Under the pieces are notes generated by a model, which saw nothing but the letters and a program-made list of their open reading frames with translations, was not told the origin of the DNA and ran no database searches. A stretch of DNA of 64,000 bases. Origin: Octopus vulgaris (Eukaryota). The translations under genes were made by a program, and so were the position numbers. Below, one piece after another: positions 24,846 through 38,850 of this stretch. The stretch is taken from contig OX597816.1 in the NCBI GenBank assembly GCA_951406725.2, forward strand, positions 126,294,001 through 126,358,000. The letters are read 5' to 3'. Every line of letters starts with the position of its first letter. Within the stretch, counting starts at the first letter, position 1.

Positions 24846-27800
24846 TCAGCCCTGGGTTGAAACCAGGAAAAGATAAAAGATATGTGTGTGTAAGCATTTA
24901 TGCTTATCCATTCATTTCTTTTTGTACATACATACTAAATAATATTTTGTTTTAAATTGTTGATGCATTTTCTTAATTGAGGTACTACTACTTTGTTTTT
25001 TTTTCCATGCAAAAGCTGGATGTCAAATTTGTTTTAGAAAATGAAAAACAAAAATCAAATGAACTCCTAGCTTCTTGCTAAGTAGGAGGAACCATTAATC
25101 CTGAACGATTTTACGTGTGTTCATACACATGCAATCTCAATTTTCAGAAATTAAACAAAACTATTCAGGTTTGGGGTTTGTTATTCAGAAGAAAAAGAAA
25201 TAGAAAGCGTTTTCATTTTTGTTTTTAATTCTTTTCTCTTGATTCCTGTCTATTTAATCTTAGGGCAATATTTTAGAGTATTAGGCTGATCTAATAACAA
25301 GTGCAAAGTAAGAGTTTCTAGAATGCAGAAATGTTTGCACATAAAGAATCACTGACTACATAGGAAAGAGCTGTCACTTACATCAATTTGCTTCAAATAA
25401 TTTGCTATGTTGAATACTGAAAGAATACAAGTAACTGCCAGAGGTTTTTATTTAATTAAAATCAGTCAGTTTAGAAGCAAACTACTAAATGAGATATCTA
25501 GAAATGTAAAAATAGGAATCAGTCTTTGATGCATTTCTATAGAACTGGAATTATATCTGAAGAATGGGAGTAAAATAGTAGTGTATAGGATGTATTTATC
25601 ATTCTCTGAAAATACTAATGTGCAAAATATAGCTTAAATTTTGGCTTAATAGGAAATAGGAATTAATTTAACTTCTTGTCTTGTAAGGCGTTTGGGGTTA
25701 AAGAAATTAGTATAGAGTTAAAAATACTAAAATAAAGGCTACAGAGGTATGTGTGATAACTGACATTAGAATATGGAGTATTTCAGCTAGTTATAAAACT
25801 CACTGTCTGTCTATGATACATTCTGAAGGAGATAGAAAACAATAACAATAAAAAATATTTATGTAAGCCTAGCAAAGAGGCATAAATTGAAAATATTTAT
25901 TGAAGGCCAGTGGACATTTCAGCTGTTGAAGCTTGATTTGAACCAACAAAAATTGTTGTAGATATCACAGTAAGTTGCTAGTATATTAATTAAGAGATAA
26001 TCAACCGACCTTAAAGGCGAGATAAAAAAATGAAGGAGCTGGTCATGGTATCTGCAGGCAAAGCAGATAATAGATGAGGAGGGAAGCAAAAAACTAATGA
26101 AGTACAAATGTCTGAGTTGAATAATCAAATTATGTAAGTGGATCAGAGAGATATAGAAAAGTTAAACTGCAGTTGTTTTTGCTTAGCCTCAGGTATGCTC
26201 TCACCCAGCAAACCTTTAATCAAATACATTCCAGCACAAACCAACCTGACATTTCTCCATACACAGAGTTGGAAGTGCTGCAATAAAATGCTTCCAGTAC
26301 ACTCTGTAAAAAGTTCAGTGCCTGGAAGAGTAGCCAACAATGAAAACAATACAAAAAAATTGGAATATATGAGCATGAAATGTTCCATGACTCATCTAGA
26401 ATGGTGGTAAATCTGATAAGAACTTATTTGATCTGTGATAATACATCCATCTCATGCAGGCATGTAAAAGCAGACATAAAATGACAGGAATGTGTTATCA
26501 ATTGTGCCTCTCATGTTCAAAACTGTTTGGTTATCATTTGATGAAAATTTAGCTGATATTTCTAGCAGGCTGAAAAATTATGTAAAGGCTCTCTAATCGG
26601 GTTGAATTAAATTATAGTTTTGCTTTGGAGCAACACCAGACATTGTAACTACACATAATAAAAAATGGATGTATCACTGTCAAACTTATCAAACTACTCA
26701 AATCTAATAATTGAAAAAATATCAAAAATTAAAAAAAAGTCATTTAAATAAACCCAGAAAATAAACAATTTTGTGGGTGTTCTGCCACCAAAAATAACAA
26801 AATAAATTTAAATTAATTTAGATTTATTTGGCTTCCTCAAGCTTATTATGTATTTTTGTGGGATCAATAACTTTTTTGTTTTTATAATTTCTTTTATATT
26901 TTTTGTTTGTAAGAAATATTCTGGAAAACAGCCTAAACTAAGAACATTACTTTTGGTTGTCTGACTAATTTCAGAACCTTAGGATTTACCTACATTTTGC
27001 TTTAAATTTTTTGAATCTTTTTATTATTATTTTTATTGAACACTATAATACATACAATTTATATTTAGCACCTGCTAATGTATACTATATTTTCCTAGTT
27101 TATTATAATTGACAATCAAGTAAGATATTTGTCTAATCTAAGCTTGTCAGTTTATATGTAACTCTAAAATACCTACCAATTAACGAAATTACAACATATG
27201 CAATTCCCACTGAAAATTCACTTATCATTCTCAATTTATTTAAATTCCAAACATTGTTCCAAACTGTTTCCATAATGCTTACTTCATGAAACTGCAACTT
27301 TTACTAGTCCTCCCATAATTTATCATTTCCTGTCAACTAATTGTCTTACAAAAAATTTAGTAAGTTTCAGAGGTTATTGAACTTGCTCTATCTATTTAGA
27401 TTAACTGAATGAATTATAATAATGCTAAGCAAAATAAGTGATGAGAATGTGTTTATCTACTTCAATACATTGATTATGAAATTTAACTTATACTTGTTAA
27501 TATAAAGATCATTAAATTTTGCTTAAGCATCACTCTTGATGCTTGATTAATAACTATCAATATATCTCAATTATCATCCGTTTTAAAATTATATCCTTAC
27601 CACATATTCTTTGTTTTTAATATGCAGTATGATAATCCTCAAAATTCTCTCACATATCATATATGTGGGAGAGGGCTAAGCATATCCAACATCATAAGTG
27701 GCAAGTATGGACAAAATTCTCTCACATAACATTACAATCTCATAACTCAAAATACAAATACAACTGTGTACTTACTTTAACCAAATATCAATAAACTACA

Positions 27801-30800
27801 TGGCAAATAACAATTGTAAAAGCCAACAAGGAAGTCACTCAATCTGGTAGGAATAAAACTTAAATATCTGACAAACCATATATTTGTGATCTTAGTATAG
27901 TGCCTAATTTCGCACTGAGAGTAAATCTATGATTTTTTATACTTTTGGTGTGATTTTGTATATATATTTTTGATAATCAATACTCTATTGCTACTCTAAT
28001 ATTTAATGCCAATTCATCAACCTTGTACCATTATGTAAATTATGTGCTATTCAAAAGTTGCTTACATTTTCATCCCAAGCAATCAAAAGCTCTGTTGTAT
28101 AACTATAAGCTTTTATTTCACAGCATGACTAAATACATAATTATTAAATATATGGTTATGGTTTTGTATACATACATATTTATGAGATATACATCACCTA
28201 GTTAAATATCACTTAGGTGCTGAGAGAATCTTTCATAGAATAGGTTAAATGTCTAATAGTTATTAGATGCCTGTGGCAATGAGAATTTAAAGTAAAATTT
28301 ACTAATGCACACCAGTTATAATCAGGACAAGAGTTCAGGTTCAACAACAAAACTGCCCAAGATGATAGGCATTTCCAAACTGAGCAACACATTCTATGTA
28401 AATACACAAATATCAATAATACATTCTTCATAGTCACTGTTTTTCCCTTGTTGAAAAAACATGAATTTTGTTGAGCCAATAACAAAACTTCTGTTGAGCT
28501 AACAGCAAAAATTTTGCTGAGCCAATGACAAAACCACTAAGCTTACAAAACCATGTCATTAGTAAACTTAATAGAACATTGACTGTTGATGTACCCCCTA
28601 AGAACTACATTATACTGTTACTTACTCTTAAACATCCAAAACAATTGTTCATGAATTTTAATAAGTTTGCATTCTTTGAGAGAAAGTAAATCTTGAGAGA
28701 AAAGAAACTGCCAATATTAAAATATTTTTGTTTTGGACTTAGAAAATTATAGTTTTTATTTCAGGTAAAAGATCAATCCCAATATGCTTCATTCTGGTTC
28801 CTCATATACCAAATTATATAAAATTAAGGATTTCATAGTAAAATTTCTGCTAATACAGACCAATTCCAGTTTCTTTGGGCTCTTTTGTTTTTACATTCAT
28901 TACCATAGCCTGGCAAGTGTAGAACTCACAAAGTTTATTCATTAACATCATTACTTTCAAATTAAAAAAAGAAATTGAAGTAATGATTTTTTACTATTTA
29001 TATTAAATGTGAGAAATGAGTTTGAAAATTCACTTTAATCAATTTGGGGCATAGATGAAAGTATTGATTTATTTAGTACACATATGTAAATAAAGTAAAG
29101 ACAGTAACAATTTTGTTTGACTATTATGAAATATTTCATAGCAACACAATATCTATATATACTGAAATCTTATATTAATCAGGTAAGCTTCTTTATCTAA
29201 CTGATACGTTTTTCTTTAAAATTGATATTCTCAAAATAACTTTTACAATTCCCTTGATTCAACAAATTTAAAAGCAAATAGTCTTAAATTAGTGGCCAGC
29301 TCGAGGGTCAAATTTATTTTTCAAGTTAAAGATATTCTACAAAAAAACTTTTTTAGCTTATAAAAAGTCAGAAATCAATACTTACATAAGAATAAATTAA
29401 ATTTGGTTTTATTCCAAGATGAAGTGCTGAAACTACATTAAAAACAAGCCAAACTAAAGAAAACCCTTGTTCAATTTGGCTAGCTAAAATATGTCACTGA
29501 ATGAAAAAGAAATTAAGATTTCTTCAATAAAAATAAACCCAATATCAAACAACACTATAGAGATAGGAAGCATGTTTTTCATGATTTTCTTCAAAGGAAA
29601 ATATAAAATAAAATTTATTATAATGAAGTTTTGTGAGCGTTATCTAGTTACTAGGATTTCTATGAATTGTATTTCTAACAACTAACTCAAAACAAATTTA
29701 AAAAAAGATATATATATATACACACAAATTCAGTCTACAAAATATCTCGTAATAAATTATAATTTTATTTTCATGTCTAGAACTGATATTTTATGATGTC
29801 ACTAGCTAATAAAATATTTTGCTCACTGAGAAAATACGACTGAATATTAATACACATATGTATTCATAGGCAAATATACATACATATTCATACAGAATCA
29901 ACTCAGTTGTAAGGTTTATTTTCCGTCTTTGATAAATATGTACTTATCTTTTGGCCTTATAATACTCTTTTTAACCCTAAATTTATTTTTGCTTACTTGT
30001 CATATGTAGCATTTCAATAATTTGTCCTTTTAGAAGGTAAAAAAATATTTTAATTAGAAATAACAATTGAATGTTTTAGTAAATTAAATCTGTTGACAAT
30101 GCATTTATGCTTTTCTGTTTACAAAGTTTTATTTTCTCCATCTGTTTGTTTTAAAATCTTTCTCTTGATGGTTTCTGTAAATATATGCTTCTATTTCTTC
30201 ATTTTCCTATCATTATCAAATTAATATATTTTATAAGTTTATACAAAATACAACTACTAAAAAACTATATTTATATGAAATTCAGGGCTCATTTAAATTC
30301 ATTTTAGTTAAAAAAGATTCTTTATTGAACCAATATATAAGAGAGAAGCGCCTCAGTGTCTGGAAAGAAGGAAGGAAAAATCCATTTGCTGTACTTAATG
30401 TTAAGATTTTATATACACCAAATAATAGAATTAGAAATATAGCTCCCCACCCCATTGAATATTGTTGTTGTTGTTTAACTCCCAAACAGCTCTAGTTGAC
30501 CACACCTATGACCAAACAGTTCTAAAAATGACTATTGTATTTTTTTTTCCAGAGCTGTAAACTCTATTAGAAAATAGTTTCTCAATGTATTGAAATGGCT
30601 GTTCAAGGCATAGTTACCCTTGATCATCATGAAAACTTTCTCTACAGAGATATATATTCTATTCTGTTATTCATTTATAATATATTTGCAGCTATTTATA
30701 TTTTGTACATAATGACAATGACTAGAGTGAATTCGAAAGGTTCTTTCTTCACTTAAGGAAACTATAAATTGACACCATTTGTAGTCTTATTTGATTTTTT

Positions 30801-33800
30801 TCTTATCTGATTTTTTTTTTCTGTTTTATCTATAATAAAAGATCAATCTTTGGTATATCTATAATGATGGATGATACTATGTTTTCTATCATTAATCCTC
30901 ATTTTTTTTCCATCATGTAAAATAACATTTGAAGTATAAGATCTCTTTCTCTTGCATTCTCAACACACACATACACATATATATTGTAGTGAGGCTTCCG
31001 TTGAGCTTTGAACTATAACTCGCAGATTTTCTTAGTCTAGAACCATGACACCTAATATATATCCAGAAAAAGAAAAGTGTCACTGTAAAAGGTAATAATG
31101 CCTAATTTATATGGCTTGACCACTCAGCACTAGCTAAACTATTATGGTTTATGTGGCAAGCTTTAATGGATGTGTGCAACTTTTCATGCCAAAGTTTTGT
31201 CATAAAAAGTTGGCAAATTCAACATTAGGCCAGAGTCACTTGCCGATCTAAGGGAATCTATGTCACTTGGCTCACTGATTTGGTCTCTCCTACTCTTTCA
31301 CTTTTCTTATATAGCATGCTTACAGCATACTTATCATAAGGATGTTACATATCACACATTAAAAACAAGCAATCATTTAAATTTCTCCTAATTATTTCAT
31401 CTTCAATGGACTATGCACTACTTTCATAATACTATCTAGCATGTTATAATATGGAAGATTCCCAACTGTTGTGTTCGTTGAACATTTATTTAATTTATTG
31501 AATGTGCACTTGTAGATATAAACATAGTGGATTAATATAACATTTGAAAACTCGATAAAATTTTAGTGTGGTCATTGTCTTCTTACACTGCCTAACTTAC
31601 AGTGTGAACAGCTAATGAAGAATATATGACCAACCACCATGCTAAAATATATCTATAAATCCTTTTGTACAAATAGGAGACTGAGTGCTTAATACTTGTT
31701 ATTTATTTATTTGTGTGAAACTATTGATGAATACTTTTCTTACTGGAACAAATGCAGAAAAGCATTGGAGTAGCTAAAGAATAAATCTTCAGCTTTGAAC
31801 AACTACACATTAACATAAACCTTCAGGACTTTTGAATAAAATTATGAAGAAATTTTATAACAGTTTTTTATACTGACAGAAATCCTCAATCTTCTAGGAG
31901 AGAGTATTGTTGACCAAATCAGTCCCATTGTTTGATTGATACTTATTTTATCAAAACTGAAAATGTAAAAAGCAAAGATAATCACTGTGAGATTGAAGAG
32001 AGAACATAATGTGAAGCTCTAAATTCATTGCTAGGCTTTATCATTTCTGTAACTCTTCCATCAATAGAAGGGATCCCCTTTGTCCTTACTTAACCTACTA
32101 GAAACATCAACTAAATCTGGATAAGGTCGTTCTGGGTATGGAAAATGTAAAATAAGAGTGTCATAATATAGAGTGGGCTTGATTATAAAACTGTTTTCTC
32201 AGATAAAAATTTGATAAAAATAGCACAACATAATCCCTGCATGTTGTGCTTGATTTTCATATTCGGAATATTTCAGTGCTCATGACAGTGATTGAAGATG
32301 AAGAAAAAACAGTTTTGATAAATATATTTTAAAATTGCTTTGTTCATTAATTCAAGTTTATTATTATCTAACTGAAGTATATCATTCTATAATTCAAATA
32401 CGCCAAAGCATAACTTAAAATTATAAAATATTAAACAGAAGAATATATATAATGCTTTTGATATATGATAGCTCATTTGCTAATCTCTCAATGTGGATTC
32501 TGATTTGCTTTTTAATTTTAGTATATTTAAGCAAATTAAAACCTGAATATTAATTCGAATGAATCTTAAAATGCTTATATACTGAAAAGGCTTATTACAC
32601 AACACTAACCGACTATGATTCAAAGCAATAAGATCAATAAGGATTATTTTTAATCAATCAAGTTGAAATTGTAAAAGGTTAAAATAAAAATTATGCTTAA
32701 TAATATCTATATGATTAGCTATGATGTTTATACTCAGTTGTTGCTCAAACAGAGTTTCAATGTATTCAATAAAATTATTGTTTATATTTGCAATTCAGGT
32801 GATTCTGAATTTTGTTATAATTCTAAATGTTTCTTAAAATAATTATCTTTAATGTATTTAAACACAAATAAGTGTTAAATAGAAGAATGCATTAATAGTT
32901 TGACATTGAATTGAATGAGATTTATAACAGTAAATAGAAATAAATAATATTTAACAATGTTTTAGACAAAAACATTAAATTCTAACCTTTTTCCACTCTT
33001 TATATGAATTGGATCTATCTGCATACTACAAAAAGTGCCATAATAAATGTCAGTTACGAGATGGAAAAATAAAGAGGAAACAAAACAGTTGCAGCAAATG
33101 AAAGATATCAGGCTGAACAGCAGTTAAATTGGCTTTGAGATGCAAACAGATGGAACAGTTTACCAATTCAATTTAAAAGAAAAGCTGAGTTAGATACAAA
33201 AGTGAAGCATGATTATTTTTAACAATAACAATAAAACTGAGAAAGCCAAATTCAATGAAAATCAATATTGGGTCTAGAATCAAAAGTGTAAATTGCCAAC
33301 AGGGAATATGTGTAATAATATGATGCATTTAAAAAGTAATGTTCATTTCATTTTGCTTTTATATTAAATGAAAATAACTGTTGTTTTATGATAATTGAAA
33401 ATGCTGTTGTTACATTTTTTAACAAAAAATACTTTTTATTCTCATTTCTAACTGTAGTTATAAATATTCAGTGTTTAAATTAAGGAAATGATATATAGAT
33501 GGATGTTGGTGTATTGGCCTATAGCGAGACCATTTGTTGAAAAGATTCTAATTCACTCATAATAGATTATACCTCTAAGTTAGGCCTGCCACTTTATTTA
33601 CTCTCCATCTAAGCACAAAAAACAGTTTTTTTGTTCTTTTCAGGTATTAGTTGGCTTACAAAGAGAAGCCAAGAATGAAGCATTGACTTCATATTTCAAG
33701 TAATTTTCATAGAATGAAAATGGTACTAAAAATGTTACTACTTGCATAATTGCACCTAAAACTACACACTTTTCAATAGTTACATAATCATCAGTGTTTT

Positions 33801-34344
33801 CAGATGACAATGAAGCAAGATTGATGTGGCAGGCTACGGGGAGATGATACTGAGATTGATATTAAAGGGTGGTACAGAAAAGTCCATATCAAGTACTGAA
33901 AGAATTCATATCTCATTTCAGCTGCATTTCTTAACTAGTAAGCAAAATTATATTATAGGAAAAAGTTCTTTTTTTTTTATAAAAAGAAGACAGAAAATTA
34001 CAGAAATATTTCATGGTAAAATTATATAATAAAAAAATTTATTCATTATCTCCTGAAATGTGCTAACCTGTCAGCCAAACTCCATTAAATCTAATTACAT
34101 GTCAGTGTTATATGGTAGCTTTACAATCATTAATATGAAGACTTTGAAACAGAAATTAGGAATGACCTAAACTAATTACTATACTAATACCAAGCATAGA
34201 AGAAATATCAATTATGGAAGAAACAGCAGTGTGTTCTGAAAGAGTTAGACTACCAGAGATGCTAGTCAGTTCTGTTAAAAGTGGTAAACCCTGATATTAT
34301 GAAACACAGTTCCATGTATCACAACATATACATATGCATATAGA

Positions 34345-34770
34345 TACAGGCATGTTGTTAATAAGTTTGCTTCCCAGCCAGAAGGTTTCAGGTCTAATCC
34401 CACTGCATGAAACCTTAAAGAAGTGTCTTCTGCTATAACTTGGACCAGCCAAAGCCTTGTGAATTAACTTGTTAGATGGAAACTCAAAGAAACATATCAC
34501 GCATATATGTGTGTTTGGACAGGATGCATGCATGTTTCTTTCTCCTTGTCTTGACATTTCATCATATCTGTAAGCAAGTGTCACCATCATACAGATAATG
34601 TCATTCATTTCTAGCTTTCCAGAAGATGTCTGGCCAAGAGGGAATATGACCTTACTTGGAAACAGATGAAGGTTGGTGACAGGAAGAGATATAACTGAAG
34701 AAAATATGCTTCAACAAACAACTCTTCAAGCATGGAAAAGTGGACATTAAAATGATGAGGATGATAATAT
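34345..34770 (+). mobile_element. tRNA-derived SINE with an RTE-type 3' tail
   Basis: Head and core as in the 48011 copy (AAGTGTCTTCTGCTATA...CCAAAGCCTTGTGA) but ending GCATGGAAAAGTGGACATTAAAATGATGAGGATGAT. Confidence 0.75.
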
Positions 34771-36026
34771 ATACATATACATACATATATAAATACTTGT
34801 ACCCTGGTAAAAAAAACTGGTTATCACCTTCAGATAAATGTGAAGAGGCATCTTTTTGCAGAAGATTCACAGCAATAATCAAGCAGTAAAAATTGACTGA
34901 AACTCAACACATGGGATTACACTGTAGCTGAGACAGGAGACTGAGGTCAGCTATCACAGTTTATGGAGCTACCAAGAGAAATTTCAAAGGAAATTTCAAT
35001 TAAACTAAAATCTGCATCAATTCTATAAAAAGATGACTGAAGATCCGTTGATCACATGGTCAGTGTAAACTTGATTGAAACTTGTGTACTTCTATGGTCA
35101 TCAAATTTATAGTAACTATAGAACTACCCTTTTTTTCCTATTTGTTGAGGCTTGGGGTCATTCTTAATCAATATCCTAACCAACACACAGTTCAGTCAAA
35201 GTTAATATTTGAGTGACTTGTCTTTTTACTAATTCTCATTCTTATGTTGTTACCTGACTTCTGAAACAAGGGTTTCTACTGTAATACGCTATTTCATTGA
35301 ACATCTGTCTTATAGCACGCTCTTCTTTATGGTCCTTTTCCCAGACAAATACAATATTAATTCTTTTAAATTTTGTGTTGATCATTTTAAGATTCTTAGG
35401 GCAACTTCTCATAAGATTTTTCTTTCTTTTGCTTTGTTTTGTAACTCTCAACATGCTAAGTGGTTGCTTGAGGCCTGTTTTATTGATGGTTGCTCATCAC
35501 TTTGTTGTAAATGACTTCCAATAAAAAAAACACACAAAATAGGTAGATATATAGACAAAGATAGATGAGATCATGAAAATAACCACAAACACAATATACT
35601 ATTGAGTTTCATATTATATTTATGCCCAGGGAGAAAGAAATGGAATGTCTGAATGTTTTAGGTATGGCTTTGTTTCAAAAGAAAGATTTAAATGAAAAGG
35701 AAAAAGAGAAAAATGTATGAGGAAAGGAAGGAAATCCATGTGTGAGACTCAAAGCAGTGCCATATTGGAAATGACTGGAAGTAAGAATGAGAGACAACGT
35801 TTTAAAAAGCAGGACAGTGGGAAAGGAGATGCAAAGCTGGATGTAAAATGTGCAGAGTATATGTGTGTGTTTATAACTGTTTTGAACACTGAAGTGTATA
35901 TAAGTTCATTTGGAGTAGGTGTGCACTTTTTTGTTATGCTTTTGAATGTGTGTGAGTTGTGAATGTGTGAGATGATTATGGAAGAGTATTAAAGAAGAAG
36001 AATGGATTAAGATCTGATGGCATGAA

Positions 36027-36270
36027 CTACATACATGCACACATATATACATACATACATACATACATACATACATACATACATACATACATACATACAT
36101 ACATACATACATACATACATACATACATACATACATACATCTGTGTATGTATGTATGTATGTATACAGGTGTATGTTTGTATATAAATATATGATCATAT
36201 GATTAATGTATATATATACATGTGTGTAGTAATGTATATATTTATGTGTGTGTTTGTAGGTATGTATAAT
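36027..36270. repeat. (CATA)n followed by (TATG)n microsatellite
   Basis: Seen directly in the sequence. Confidence 0.92.
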
Positions 36271-37729
36271 GTAAAGTAATATAGTAATAGGAATTATGAA
36301 TCTGAGCAGGTGCCTGGTAAATACTCTAGTATAATCCGGGTTCTGGGTAACCACATCAGATGGTGTGGTTAGCTCAAGTAAAAATTTTTAATAAGACATT
36401 ACTTACACAAACAGTACACCAATGGATTATCTCAAAAAAATTGTAGACTTACTATAGATAGCTTTTAATAATCTATCAGTAAACTTCAGCCTTTTACTGT
36501 CATGTAGCTCCTTTTAAAACTTCAAGGGTTACTCTATATTTAAATGATAACAGACTTTATCACCATATCATATTTCACAACAACCTCTGCTATCTTCTGC
36601 ACTAGGCACACATATCTTCACCACTAAATTATACTTAAAATAAGACTATCAAGTACTGAACTCTTCAGTTCACCTCGAAATCCCATGGTGGTAATAGCTT
36701 GAATAAAGCTGCATGGATATGTATACCCTGGCTGAACTTATAATGAAATTTAACCAACAGGATGCAATTAAATGCCACATCTTAGGATAGCTATGTTAAA
36801 GGAACATGTGTTGCCCTTATTACAAGAATAATATAACATGAGGTCTGAAATATGTGTTTCAATTTTGTAAATGACTGAGGACTTTCTTTAACTGTAAATA
36901 AAAAAATATTGTTTACAAACTTTCTACTACTTGTAGCTTAAATAAATTGCAATGATTAATTTGCATATATATTTTATGCATTTTCATTGCTATTTTAATT
37001 GATATGTAAATGTAATTTTAACAGTGTTTTGTTTCACTGCTGTATTCTATTACTGATATTTAAATTTTTAGTCAACACTATATATATATATATATAAACA
37101 AATGTAGACAACCTGTTTATATATATATACAATAAATATATTCTCAGTAGGATATAGTGTAATCAAATTCAAAACAATATCAACATGATATTATATATAT
37201 AAGCAACATTGAATTTTTTATATACTTGATTTAACATTCAACATATTATTTATATACTATATCTATATACTGGAAAAGAATTTGAAGGATTTGAAAATAA
37301 TAGTGAGTATGAAAAATCCGATTCCCAAAATTCCAAATATGAAGTTGAGACAAACTTTTGAACTTGACAGAGAAATACAAAACTATTTATATGCACCTTA
37401 ATTTTGAAAAAAGAAGTTTTTGAAAAATGTTGATATTTAAGTTCAAGCAAATAAATAATTTGTTTCTTTAAAAATTAAAATTTTTTGTACCATATAGGTA
37501 CTATGAATAAACTATATGCATGGAAAAAAGTTTGGGTTTCAGAGTTTTAGAAAAGAAAACACAATTAAAACTAAAAATTACATTTGTAGAAAGATAAAAA
37601 TAAAAATTTTACAAGCATAAAGGTTAGTGTTGTGATGTCACAAATAAAGTAACTGAACATTCTGGAAAAATGATGACATTTGATATATTCAAAATTACAA
37701 ATATATACAATAATATATAAATAGTTTTG

Positions 37730-38850
37730 TATTTTCCTGTCAAGATCAAAAGTTTGAGTCTCATCTTCACTGCTAGGATTTTGGGAATCAGATTTTCCTC
37801 CTCATTGTCATCTTCAAATCCTTCAAATTTTTTTTCACTGCTGCTCTCACCTTCTTCATTAATCATTTCATTTTTCGTGCCATCTAAAGTATTGTCAGTA
37901 CTGCCTTCCTCGAAAGTTTTGATAACAGTCTTTTCTTTCTTTGCATCCCATGATGCCTTAATCCACGAGCATATTTTTGCAACACTAGTTCTCTTCATAC
38001 ATCCAGTGGTGGTTTATTCATATTGAACTGAAGTATTCATATATTTATTCCATTCCTCATACAATACGTTTGAAGGGCTTGCTTATAGAAATATAAAACC
38101 TCTAAATGTGAGGTATGTTCTGGAATGATTGCTATTGTTGTGCTATAATTCTGCAGGTAATCTTTGTTGCTTTGTCAAGATGAGATTTTAATGTAACAAG
38201 TACAAATAGGTTTGGCTTTTTTAACATTCCCTCTAGTCATTTTGCCCTTATCTTTTTAATCAAAAGACTTATTCCATCTTGTTCCATCCATTCTTTGGGA
38301 TGGACATTTACATGTATGCCCTTAAATATTCTCTCTTTTGAAAGAGATTTTCATAAGTGGAGCTTCATCCATATTCCCAATTCCTTGCATTTCAAAATTT
38401 TGCTTTTTTCCTGTGAAAGCCTTACCTATGAAAATTCTATTGTTTCTGCATCTGGTCAATACCTTTTCATGTTTACCTACACAGTTCATATCTTTATATG
38501 TAACTGTTGATCCCTTCCTTTAAAGTTACTTATTTGTAGGCCCTTTGCAACTTTTATTGATTAAATAATTATCGTCTTTACTGATAAAGCAATGCCAGAT
38601 TTTCTGTCATCAACTGTCTCCTGTTGTTCTTCCAAGTTAGGTCATTTAGCAATATCAGCTTGAAAACTGCATTTTATACATGGTAAAGATTTCAGATTTT
38701 CTTGTTTGCATCATTCTTGTATTCTATATTCTGTCGATTGCTCCACGAAATGACTAGATGCAGCTTTATTGCCATTTTCCTGAGTATATTCCATCAATTG
38801 TAACAAGTAACTGGCTGCATATACTCACCGCTTTTGTTTAAATCTAGTGA
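37730..38850 (-). mobile_element. pogo/Tigger-like (POGK-type) transposase relic
   Basis: Minus-strand fragments IGNMDEAPL, VHPKEWMEQDG, ISISKPF and KRTSVAKICSWIKASWD...VIKTF...NTLDGTKNE, followed by an acidic tail. Confidence 0.75.

Noticed and set aside
28465-28535. Three degenerate ~22-bp tandem units (similar small duplications at 24524, 40144 and 52610)
   Set aside because: Ordinary slippage duplications with no unique spacers, so not CRISPR-like.
35242-35454. 70-aa minus-strand ORF ending at a good donor (CAG|gtaaca)
   Set aside because: No recognisable domain, and in-frame stops lie just upstream.
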